Source: Eledone cirrhosa (taxonomy: Eukaryota). Taken from it: a DNA stretch of 64,000 bases. The notes under the pieces were generated by a model. It was not told the DNA's origin. It searched no databases and saw only the letters and a program-made list of their open reading frames with translations. Where the stretch lies: NCBI GenBank assembly GCA_964016885.1, contig OZ024740.1, positions 27,466,001 through 27,530,000 on the forward strand. The letters are read 5' to 3'. Below are positions 52,861 through 64,000 of this stretch, one piece after another (position 1 is the first letter of the stretch; each line of letters opens with the position of its first letter). The translations under genes were made by a program, and so were the position numbers.

Positions 52861-55800
52861 TGGTGTTGGTAGTGTTAGTAGTGGTACTAGTTTTAGTGGT
52901 GTTGGTAGTATTAGAAGTGGTAATAGTTTTGATGGTGTTGTTGGTGGTGTTAGTAGTGTTAGTTGTGGCAATAGTTTTGATGTTGTTGTTGGTGGTGTTG
53001 GTAGTGTTAGTAGTGGTAATAGTTTTGATGGTGTTGTTGCTATTGGTAGTGTTAATAGTGGTAATAGATTTGATGGTGTTGTTGGTGGTGTTGGTAGAGT
53101 TAGTAGTGGTAATAGTTTTGATGATGTTGTTGGTGGCGTTGGTAGTGTTAGTAGTGGTAATAGTTTTGATGGTGTTGTTGGTGGTGTTGGTAGTGTTAGT
53201 AGTGGTAATAGTTTTGATGGTGTTGTTGCTATTGGTAGTGTTAGTAGTGGTAATAGTTTTGATGATGTTGTTGGTGGCGTTGGTAGTGTTAGTAGTGGTA
53301 ATAGTTTTGATGGTGTTGTTGGTGGTGTTGGTAGTGTTAGTAGTGGTAATAGTTTTGATGGTGTTGTTGCTATTGGTAGTGTTAGTAGTGGTACCAGTTT
53401 TGATGGTGTTGTTGGAGGTGTTGGTAGTGTTAGTAGTGGTAATAGTTTTGATGATGTTGTTGGTGGCGTTGGTAGTGTTAGTAGTGGTAATAGTTTTGAT
53501 GGTGTTGTTGGTGGTGTTGGTAGTGTTAGTAGTGGTAATAGTTTTGATGGTGTTGTTGCTATTGGTAGTGTTAGTAGTGGTACCAGTTTTGATGGTGTTG
53601 TTGGAGGTGTTGGTAGTGTTAGTAGTGGTAATAGTTTTGATGATGTTGTTGGTGGCGTTGGTAGTGTTAGTAGTGGTAATAGTTTTGATGGTGTTGTTGG
53701 TGGTGTTGGTAGTGTTAGTAGTGGTAATAGTTTTGATGGTGTTGTTGCTATTGGTAGTGTTAGTAGTGGTACCAGTTTTGATGGTGTTGTTGGAGGTGTT
53801 GGTAGTGTTAGTAGTGGTAATAGATTTGATGGTGTTGTTGGTGGTGTTGGTAGTGTTAGTAGTGGTAATAGGTTTGATGGTTTTGTTGCTATTGGTAGTG
53901 TTAGTAGTGGTAATAGTTTTGATGGTGTTGTTGGAGGTGTTGGTAGTGTTAGTAGTGGCAATAGTTTTGATGGTGTTGTTGGTGGTGTTGGTAGTGTTAG
54001 TAGTGGTAATAGTTTTGATGGTGTTGTTGTTGGTGTTGGTAGTGTTAGTAGTAGTAATAGTTTTGATGGTGTTGTTGGTGGTGATGGTAGTGTTAGTAGT
54101 AGTAATAGTTTTGATGGTGTTGTTGTTGGTGTTGGTAGTGTTAGTAGTGGCAATAGTTTTGATGGTGTTGTTGCTGGTGTTGGTAGTGTTAGTAGTGGTA
54201 ATAGTTTTGATGGTGTTGTTGTTGGTGTTGGTAGTGTTAGTAGTAGTAATAGTTTTGATGGTGTTGTTGGTGGTGTTGGTAGTGTTAGTAGTGGTAATAG
54301 TTTGATGGTGTTGTTAGTGTTGGTAGTGTTAGGAGTTGTAATAGTTTTGATGGTGTTGTTAGTGTTGGTAGTGTTAGGAGTGGTACTAGATTTGATGGTG
54401 TTGTTGGAGGTGTTGGTAGTGTTAGTAGTGGTAATAGTTTTGATGGTGTTGTTAGTGTTGGTAGTGTTAGTAGTGGTACTAGTTTTGATGGTGTTGTTAG
54501 TGTTGGTAGTGTTAGGAGTGGTAATAGTTTTGATGGTGTTGTTAGTGTTGGTAGTGTTAGTAGTGGTAATAGTTTTGATGGTGTTGTTGGTGGTGTTGGT
54601 AGAGTTAGTAGTGGTAATAGTTTTGATGATGTTGTTGGTGTTGGTAGTGTTAGTAGTGGTAATAGTTTTGATGATGTTGTTGGTGTTGGTAGTGTTAGTA
54701 GTGGCAATAGTTTTGATGGTGTTGTTGGTGGTGTTGGTAGTGTTAGTAGTGGTAATAGTTTTGATGGTGTTGTTGGAGGTGTTGGTAGTGTTAGTAGTGG
54801 TAATAGTTTTGATGGTGTTGTTGGAGGTGTTGGTAGTGTTAGTAATGGTAATAGTTTTGATGGTGTTGTTGGTGTTGGTAGTGTTAGTAGTGGCAATAGT
54901 TTTGATGATGTTGTTGGTGTTGGTAGTGTTAGTAGTGGTAATAGTTTTGATGGTGTTGTTGGTGTTGGTAGTGTTAGTAGTGGTACTAGATTTGATGGTG
55001 TTGTTGGAGGTGTTGGTAGTGTTAGTAGTGGTAATAGTTTTGATGGTGTTGTTGGAGGTGTTGGTAGTGTCAGTAGTGGCAATAGTTTTGATGGTGTTGT
55101 TGGTGGTGTTGGTAGTGTTAGTAGTGGTAATAGTTTTGATGATGTTGTTGGTGTTGGTAGTGTTAGTAGTGGTACTAGATTTGATGGTGTTGTTGGAGGT
55201 GTTGGTAGTGTTAGTAGTGGTAATAGTTTTGATGGTGTTGTTGGAGGTGTTGGTAGTGTTAGTAGTGGCAATAGTTTTGATGGTGTTGTTGGTGGTGTTG
55301 GTAGTGTTAGTAGTGGTAATAGTTTTGATGATGTTGTTGGTGTTGGTAGTGTTAGTAGTGGTACTAGATTTGATGGTGTTGTTGGAGGTGTTGGTAGTGT
55401 TAGTAGTGGTAATAGTTTTGATGGTGTTGTTGGAGGTGTTGGTAGTGTTAGTAGTGGCAATAGTTTTGATGGTGTTGTTGGTGGTGTTGGTAGTGTTAGT
55501 AGTGGTAATAATTTTGTTGTTGGTGTTGGTAGTGTTAGTAGTGGTAATAGTTTTGATGGTGTTGTTGGTGGTGTTGGTAGTGTTAGTTGTGGCATTAGTT
55601 TTGATGGTGTTGTTGGTGGTGTTGGTAGTGTTAGTAGTGGTAATAGTTTTGATGGTGTTGTTGGTGGTGTTGGTAGTGTTAGTAGTGGTAATAGTTTTGA
55701 TGGTGTTGTTGGTGGTGTTGGTAGTGTTAGTAGTGGTACCAGTTTTGATGGTGTTGTTGTTGGTGTTGGTAGTGTTAGTAGTGGCAATAGTTTTCATGGT

Positions 55801-58800
55801 GTTGTTGTTGGTTTTGGTAGTGTTAGTAGTGGTAATAGTTTTGATGGTGTTGTTGGAAGTGTTGGTAGTGTTAGTAGTGGTAATAGTTTTGATGGTGTTG
55901 TTGTTGGTGTTGGTAGTGTTAGTAGTGGTAATAGTTTTGATGGTGTTGTTGGTGGTGTTGGTAGTGTTAGTAGTGGTAATAGTTTTGATGGTGTTGTTGG
56001 AGGTGTTGGTAGTGTTAGTAGTGGTAATAGTTTTGATGGTGTTGTTGTTGGTGTTGGTAGTGTTAGTAGTGGTAATAGTTTTGATGGTGTTGTTGTTGGT
56101 GTTGGTAGTGTTAGTAGTAGTAATAGTTTTGATGGTGTTGTTGTTGGTGTTGGTAGTGTTAGTAGTGGTAATAGTTTTGATGGTGTTGTAGTTGGTGTTG
56201 GTAGTGTTAGTAGTAGTAATAGTTTTGATGGTGTTGTTGTTGGTGTTGGTAGTGTTAGTAGTGGTAATGGTTTTGTTGGTGTTGTTGTTGGTGTTGGTAG
56301 TGTTAGTAGTAGTAATAGTTTTGATGGTGTTGTTGTTGTTGTTGGTAGTGTTAGTAGTGGTAATAGTTTTGATGGTGTTGTTGGACGTGTTGGTAGTGTT
56401 AGTTGTGGCAATAGTTTTCATGGTGTTGTTGTTGGTGTTGGTAGTGTTAGTAGTGGTAATAGTTTTGATGGTGTTGTTGTTGGTGTTGGTAGTGTTAGTA
56501 GTAGTAATAGTTTTGATGGTGTTGTTGGTGGTGTTGGTAGTGTTAGTAGTGGTAATAGTTTTGATGGTGTTGATGGTGGTGTTGGTAGTGTTAGTAGTGG
56601 TAATAGTTTTGATGGTGTTGGTGGTGTTGGTAGTGTTAGTAGTGGTAATAGTTTTGATGGTGTTGGTGGTGTTGGTAGTGTTAGTAGTGGCAATAGTTTT
56701 GATGGTGTTGTTGGAGGTGTTGGTAGTGTTAGTAGTAGTAATAGTTTTGATGGTGTTGTTGGAGGTGTTGGTAGTGTTAGTAGTGGCAATAGTTTTGATG
56801 GTGTTGTTGGAGGTGTTGGTAGTGTTAGTAGTGGCAATAGTTTTGATGATGTTGTTGTTGGTGTTGGTAGTGTTAGTAGTAGTAATAGTTTTGATGGTGT
56901 TGTTGGTGGTGTTGGTAGTGTTAGTAGTGGTACCAGTTTTGATGGTGTTGTTGGAGGTGTTGGTAGTGTTAGTTGTGGCAATAGTTTTCATGGTGTTGCT
57001 GTTGGTGTTGGTAGTGTTAGTAGTGGTAATAGTTTTCATGGTGTTGTTGGTGGCGTTGGTAGTGTTAGTAGTGGTAATAGTTTTGATGGTGTTGTTGCTA
57101 TTGGTAGTGTTAATAGTGGTAATAGATTTGATGGTGTTGTTGGTGGTGTTGGTAGAGTTAGTAGTGGTAATAGTTTTGATGATGTTGTTGGTGGCGTTGG
57201 TAGTGTTAGTAGTGGTAATAGTTTTGATGGTGTTGTTGGTGGTGTTGGTAGTGTTAGTAGTGGTAATAGTTTTGATGGTGTTGTTGCTATTGGTAGTGTT
57301 AGTAGTGGTAATAGTTTTGATGATGTTGTTGGTGGCGTTGGTAGTGTTAGTAGTGGTAATAGTTTTGATGGTGTTGTTGGTGGTGTTGGTAGTGTTAGTA
57401 GTGGTAATAGTTTTGATGGTGTTGTTGCTATTGGTAGTGTTAGTAGTGGTACCAGTTTTGATGGTGTTGTTGGAGGTGTTGGTAGTGTTAGTAGTGGTAA
57501 TAGATTTGATGGTGTTGTTGGTGGTGTTGGTAGTGTTAGTAGTGGTAATAGGTTTGATGGTGTTGTTGCTATTGGTAGTGTTAGTAGTGGTAATAGTTTT
57601 GATGGTGTTGTTGGAGGTGTTGGTAGTGTTAGTAGTGGTAATAGTTTTGATGATGTTGTTGTTGGTGTTGGTAGTGTTAGTAGTGGCAATAGTTTTGATG
57701 GTGTTGTTGGTGGTGTTGGTAGTGTTAGTAGTGGTAATAGTTTTGATGGTGTTGTTGTTGGTGTTGGTAGTGTTAGTAGTAGTAATAGTTTTGATGGTGT
57801 TGTTGGTGGTGTTGGTAGTGTTAGTAGTAGTAATAGTTTTGATGGTGTTGTTGTTGGTGTTGGTAGTGTTAGTAGTGGCAATAGTTTTGATGGTGTTGTT
57901 GGTGGTGTTGGTAGTGTTAGTAGTGGTAATAGTTTTGATGGTGTTGTTGTTGGTGTTGGTAGTGTTAGTAGTAGTAATAGTTTTGATGGTGTTGTTGGTG
58001 GTGTTGGTAGTGTTAGTAGTGGTAATAGTTTGATGGTGTTGTTAGTGTTGGTAGTGTTAGGAGTGGTAATAGTTTTGATGGTGTTGTTAGTGTTGGTAGT
58101 GTTAGGAGTGGTACTAGATTTGATGGTGTTGTTGGAGGTGTTGGTAGTGTTAGTAGTGGTAATAGTTTTGATGGTGTTGTTAGTGTTGGTAGTGTTAGTA
58201 GTGGTACTAGTTTTGATGGTGTTGTTAGTGTTAGTAGTGTTAGGAGTGGTAATAGTTTTGATGGTGTTGTTAGTGTTGGTAGTGTTAGTAGTGGTAATAG
58301 TTTTGATGGTGTTGTTGGTGGTGTTGGTAGAGTTAGTAGTGGTAATAGTTTTGATGATGTTGTTGGTGTTGGTAGTGTTAGTAGTGGTAATAGTTTTGAT
58401 GATGTTGTTGGTGTTGGTAGTGTTAGTAGTGGCAATAGTTTTGATGGTGTTGTTGGTGGTGTTGGTAGTGTTAGTAGTGGTAATAGTTTTGATGGTGTTG
58501 TTGGAGGTGTTGGTAGTGTTAGTAGTGGTAATAGTTTTGATGGTGTTGTTGGAGGTGTTGGTAGTGTTAGTAATGGTAATAGTTTTGATGGTGTTGTTGG
58601 TGTTGGTAGTGTTAGTAGAGGCAATAGTTTTGATGATGTTGTTGGTGTTGGTAGTGTTAGTAGTGGTAATAGTTTTGATGGTGTTGTTGGTGTTGGTAGT
58701 GTTAGTAGTGGTACTAGATTTGATGGTGTTGTTGGAGGTGTTGGTAGTGTTAGTAGTGGTAATAGTTTTGATGGTGTTGTTGGAGGTGTTGGTAGTGTTA

Positions 58801-61800
58801 GTAGTGGCAATAGTTTTGATGGTGTTGTTGGTGGTGTTGGTAGTGTTAGTAGTGGTAATAGTTTTGATGATGTTGTTGGTGTTGGTAGTGTTAGTAGTGG
58901 TACTAGATTTGATGGTGTTGTTGGAGGTGTTGGTAGTGTTAGTAGTGGTAATAGTTTTGATGGTGTTGTTGGAGCTGTTGGTAGTGTTAGTAGTGGCAAT
59001 AGTTTTGATGGTGTTGTTGGTGGTGTTGGTAGTGTTAGTAGTGGTAATAGTTTTGATGATGTTGTTGGTGTTGGTAGTGTTAGTAGTGGTACTAGATTTG
59101 ATGGTGTTGTTGGAGGTGTTGGTAGTGTTAGTAGTGGTAATAGTTTTGATGGTGTTGTTGGAGGTGTTGGTAGTGTTAGTAGTGGCAATAGTTTTGATGG
59201 TGTTGTTGGTGGTGTTGGTAGTGTTAGTAGTGGTAATAGTTTTGATGATGTTGTTGGTGTTGGTAGTGTTAGTAGTGGTACTAGATTTGATGGTGTTGTT
59301 GGAGGTGTTGGTAGTGTTAGTAGTGGTAATAGTTTTGATGGTGTTGTTGGAGGTGTTGGTAGTGTTAGTAGTGGCAATAGTTTTGATGGTGTTGTTGGTG
59401 GTGTTGGTAGTGTTAGTAGTGGTAATAATTTTGTTGTTGGTGTTGGTAGTGTTAGTAGTGGTAATAGTTTTGATGGTGTTGTTGGTGGTGTTGGTAGTGT
59501 TAGTTGTGGCATTAGTTTTGATGGTGTTGTTGGTGGTGTTGGTAGTGTTAGTAGTGGTAATAGTTTTCATGGTGTTGTTGGTGGTGTTGGTAGTGTTAGT
59601 AGTGGTAATAGTTTTGATGGTGTTGTTGGTGGTGTTGGTAGTGTTAGTAGTGGTACCAGTTTTGATGGTGTTGTTGTTGGTGTTGATAGTGTTAGTAGTG
59701 GCAATAGTTTTCATGGTGTTGTTGTTGGTTTTGGTAGTGTTAGTAGTGGTAATAGTTTTGATGGTGTTGTTGGAAGTGTTGGTAGTGTTAGTAGTGTTAA
59801 TAGTTTTGATGGTGTTGTTGTTGGTGTTGGTAGTGTTAGTAGTGGTAATAGTTTTGATGGTGTTGTTGGTGGTGTTGGTAGTGTTAGTAGTGGTAATAGT
59901 TTTGATGGTGTTGTTGGAGGTGTTGGTAGTGTTAGTAGTGGTAATAGTGTTGATGGTGTTGTTGTTGGTGTTGGTAGTGTTAGTAGTAGTAATAGTTTTG
60001 ATGGTGTTGTTGTTGGTGTTGGTAGTGTTAGTAGTGGTAATAGTTTTGATGGTGTTGTAGTTGGTGTTGGTAGTATTAGTAGTAGTAATAGTTTTGATGG
60101 TGTTGTTGTTGGTGTTGGTAGTGTTAGTAGTGGTAATGGTTTTGATGGTGTTGTTGTTGGTGTTGGTAGTGTTAGTAGTAGTAATAGTTTTGATGGTGTT
60201 GTTGTTGTTGTTGGTAGTGTTAGTAGTGGTAATAGTTTTGATGGTGTTGTTGGACGTGTTGGTAGTGTTAGTTGTGGCAATAGTTTTCATGGTGTTGTTG
60301 TTGGTGTTGGTAGTGTTAGTAGTGGTAATAGTTTTGATGGTGTTGTTGTTGGTGTTGGTAGTGTTAGTAGTAGTAATAGTTTTGATGGTGTTGTTGGTGG
60401 TGTTGGTAGTGTTAGTAGTGGTAATAGTATTGATGGTGTTGATGGTGGTGTTGGTAGTGTTAGTAGTGGTAATAGTTTTGATGGTGTTGGTGGTGTTGGT
60501 AGTGTTAGTAGTGGTAATAGTTTTGATGGTGTTGGTGGTGTTGGTAGTGTTAGTAGTGGCAATAGTTTTGATGGTGTTGTTGGAGGTGTTGGTAGTGTTA
60601 GTAGTAGTAATAGTTTTGATGGTGTTGTTGGAGGTGTTGGTAGTGTTAGTAGTGGCAATAGTTTTGATGGTGTTGTTGGAGGTGTTGGTAGTGTTAGTAG
60701 TGGCAATAGTTTTGATGATGTTGTTGTTGGTGTTGGTAGTGTTAGTAGTAGTAATAGTTTTGATGGTGTTGTTGGTGGTGTTGGTAGTGTTAGTAGTGGT
60801 ACCAGTTTTGATGGTGTTGTTGGAGGTGTTGGTAGTGTTAGTTGTGGCAATAGTTTTGATGGTGTTGGTAGTGTTAGTAGTGGTAATAGTTTTGATGGTG
60901 TTGTTGTTGGTGTTGGTAGTGTTAGTTGTGGCAATAGTTTTGATGGTGTTGATGGTGGTGTTGGTAGTGTTAGTAGTGGTAATAGTTTTAATGGTGTTGT
61001 TGGTGGTGTTGGTAGTGTTAGTAGTGGTACCAGTTTTGATGGTGTTGTTGGAGGTGTTGGTAGTGTTAGTTGTGGCAATAGATTTCATGGTGTTGTTGTT
61101 GGTGTTGGTAGTGTTAGTAGTGGTAATAGTTTTGATGGTGTTGTTGGAGGTGTTGGTAGTGTTAGTAGTGGTAATAGTTTTGATGGTGTTGTTGTTGGAG
61201 TTGGTAGTGTTAGTAGTGGTAATAGTTTTGATGGTGTTGTTGGTGGTGTTGGTAGTGTTAGTAGTGGTAATAGTTTTGATGGTGTTGATGGTGGTGTTGG
61301 TAGTGTTAGTAGTGGTAATAGTTTTGATGGTGTTGTTGTTGGTGTTGGTAGTGTTAGTAGTGGTAATAGTTTTGATGGTGTTGATGGTGGTGTTGGTAGT
61401 GTTAGTAGTGGTAATAGTTTTGATGGTGTTGTTCGAGGTGTTGGTAGTGTTAGTTGTGGCAATAGTTTTCATGGTGTTGTTGTTGGTGTTGGTAGTGTTA
61501 GTAGTGGTAATAGTTTTGATGATATTGTTGGTGTTGGTAGTGTTAGTAGTGGTAATAGTTTTGATGGTGTTGTTAGTGTTGGTAGTGTTAGTAGTGGTAA
61601 TAGTTTTGATGGTGTTGTTGCTATTGGTAGTGTTAATAGTGGTAATAGATTTGATGGTGTTGTTGGTGGTGTTGGTAGTGTTAGTAGTGGCAATAGATTT
61701 GATGGTGTTGTTGTTGGTGTTAGTAGTGTTAGTAGTGGCAATAGTTTTGATGGTGTTGTTGGTGGTGTTGGCAGAGTTAGTAGTGGTAATAGTTTTGATG

Positions 61801-64000
61801 GTGTTGTTGGTGGTGTTGGTAGTGTTAGTAGTGGTAATAGTTTTGATGGTGTTGTTGGTGTTGTTGGTAGTGTTAGTAGTGGTAATAGTTTTGATGGTGT
61901 TGATGGTGGTGTTGGTAGTGTTAGTAGTGGTAATAGTTTTGATGATGTTGTTGGTGTTGGTAGTGTTAGTAGTGGTAATAGTTTTGATGGTGTTGTTGTT
62001 GTTGTTGGTAGTGTTAGTAGTGGTAATAGTTTTGATGGTGTTGTTGGAGGTGTTGGTAGTGTTAGTAGTGGTAATAGTTTTGATGGTGTTGTTGTTGGTG
62101 TTGGTAGTGTTAGTAGTGCTAATAGTTTTGATGGTGTTGTTGGTGGTGTTGGTAGTGTTAGTAGTAGTAATAGTTTTGATGGTGTTGTTGGAGGTGTTGG
62201 TAGTGTTAGTAGTGGCAATAGTTTTGATGATGTTGTTGTTGGTGTTGGTAGTGTTAGTAGTGGTAATAGTGTTGATGGTGTTGTTGGAGGTGTTGGTAGT
62301 GTTAGTAGTGGCAATAGTTTTGATGATGTTGTTGTTGGTGTTGGTAGTGTTAGTAGTGGTAATAGTTTTGATGGTGTTGTTGGAGGTGTTGGTAGTGTTA
62401 GTAGTGGCAATAGTTTTGATGATGTTGTTGTTGGTGTTGATAGTGTTAGTAGTAGTAATAGTTTTGATGGTGTTGTTGGTGGTGTTGGTAGTGTTAGTAG
62501 TGGTACCAGTTTTGATGGTGTTGTTGGAGATGTTGGTAGTGTTAGTTGTGGCAATAGTTTTCATGGTGTTGTTGTTGGTGTTGGTAGTGTTAGTAGTGGT
62601 AATAGTTTTGATGGTGTTGTTGTTGGTGTTGGTAGTGTTAGTAGTGGTAATAGTTTTGATGGTGTTGTTGTTGGTGTTGGTAGTGTTAGTTGTGGCAATA
62701 GTTTTGATGGTGTTGATGGTGGTGTTGGTAGTATTAGTAGTGGTAATAGTTTTGATGGTGTTGTTGGAGGTGTTGGTAGTGTTAGTTGTGGCAATAGTTT
62801 TCATGGTGTTGTTGTTGGTGTTGGTAGTGTTAGTAGTGGTAATAGTTTTGATGGTGTTGTTCGAGGTGTTGGTAGTGTTAGTTGTGGCAATAGTTTTCAT
62901 GGTGTTGTTGTTGGTGTTGGTAGTGTTAGTAGTGGTAATAGTTTTGATGATATTGTTGGTGCTGGTAGTGTTAGTAGTGGTAATAGTTTTGATGGTGTTG
63001 TTAGTGTTGGTAGTGTTAGTAGTGGTAATAGTTTTGATGGTGTTGTTGCTATTGGTAGTGTTAATAGTGGTAATAGATTTGATGGTGTTGTTGGTGGTGT
63101 TGGTAGTGTTAGTAGTGGCAATAGATTTGATGGTGTTGTTGTTGGTGTTAGTAGTGTTAGTAGTGGCAATAGTTTTGATGGTGTTGTTGGTGGTGTTGGC
63201 AGAGTTAGTAGTGGTAATAGTTTTGATGGTGTTGTTGGTGGTGTTGGTAGTGTTAGTAGTGGTAATAGTTTTGATGGTGTTGTTGGTGTTGTTGGTAGTG
63301 TTAGTAGTGGTAATAGTTTTGATGGTGTTGATGGTGGTGTTGGTAGTGTTAGTAGTGGTAATAGTTTTGATGATGTTGTTGGTGTTGGTAGTGTTAGTAG
63401 TGGTAATAGTTTTGATGGTGTTGTTGTTGTTGTTGGTAGTGTTAGTAGTGGTAATAGTTTTGATGGTGTTGTTGGAGGTGTTGGTAGTGTTAGTAGTGGT
63501 AATAGTTTTGATGGTGTTGTTGTTGGTGTTGGTAGTGTTAGTAGTGCTAATAGTTTTGATGGTGTTGTTGGTGGTGTTGGTAGTGTTAGTAGTAGTAATA
63601 GTTTTGATGGTGTTGTTGGAGGTGTTGGTAGTGTTAGTAGTGGCAATAGTTTTGATGATGTTGTTGTTGGTGTTGGTAGTGTTAGTAGTGGTAATAGTTT
63701 TGATGGTGTTGTTGGAGGTGTTGGTAGTGTTAGTAGTGGCAATAGTTTTGATGATGTTGTTGTTGGTGTTGGTAGTGTTAGTAGTGGTAATAGTTTTGAT
63801 GGTGTTGTTGGAGGTGTTGGTAGTGTTAGTAGTGGCAATAGTTTTGATGATGTTGTTGTTGGTGTTGATAGTGTTAGTAGTAGTAATAGTTTTGATGGTG
63901 TTGTTGGTGGTGTTGGTAGTGTTAGTAGTGGTACCAGTTTTGATGGTGTTGTTGGAGATGTTGGTAGTGTTAGTTGTGGCAATAGTTTTCATGGTGTTGT
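52860..64000. repeat. 48/45-bp GT-rich minisatellite, roughly 235 units, continuing past the right edge
   Basis: Unit gatggtgttgttggtggtgttggtagtgttagtagtggtaatagtttt (16 triplets; 15-triplet variant). Minus strand reads NTIKTITTTNTTNTTN. Internal duplications at offsets of 3728 bp and 1428 bp. Confidence 0.97.

Noticed and set aside
52830-63982. Poly-Val/Leu (+) and LLTLPTPPTTPSK (-) long ORFs
   Set aside because: Alternative frames of the 48-bp triplet-based repeat, overlapping each other with implausible composition.
46548-64000. True telomeric repeat or strong G-quadruplex array
   Set aside because: No (TTAGGG)n tract; G runs are mostly GG, with GGG+ runs only in small patches such as ~48340-48365 and ~49100-49200.

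Overview
Eukaryotic (animal) repeat-dominated window with no supportable protein-coding gene. The two SINE remnants and dense CA/TA/GA microsatellites look like octopus/cephalopod DNA; this is recalled, not searched. Layout: (1) 1-45230 is an AT-rich ~143-bp satellite (~320 monomers) organised into successive higher-order-repeat (HOR) domains (12-, 6-, 24-, 12/21-, 18- and 13-mers), ending at a sharp junction. (2) 45.6-46.4 kb is a microsatellite cluster. (3) 46.5-50.5 kb is GT-rich repeat with periods of 8, then 72, then 59/62 bp. (4) 50.8-51.9 kb is the 3' end of an RTE-clade (Rex3/Expander-like) LINE in which 99 bp (33 codons) has amplified ~8.6 times. (5) 52.0-52.4 kb holds two decayed tRNA-derived SINEs. 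(6) 52.9 kb to the end is a 48/45-bp minisatellite with kb-scale duplications, reading as a Thr/Asn-rich mucin-like frame on the minus strand. Nearly all listed ORFs are repeat by-products. I see no demonstrable new gene system; the best leads concern how tandem repeats arise and are organised.
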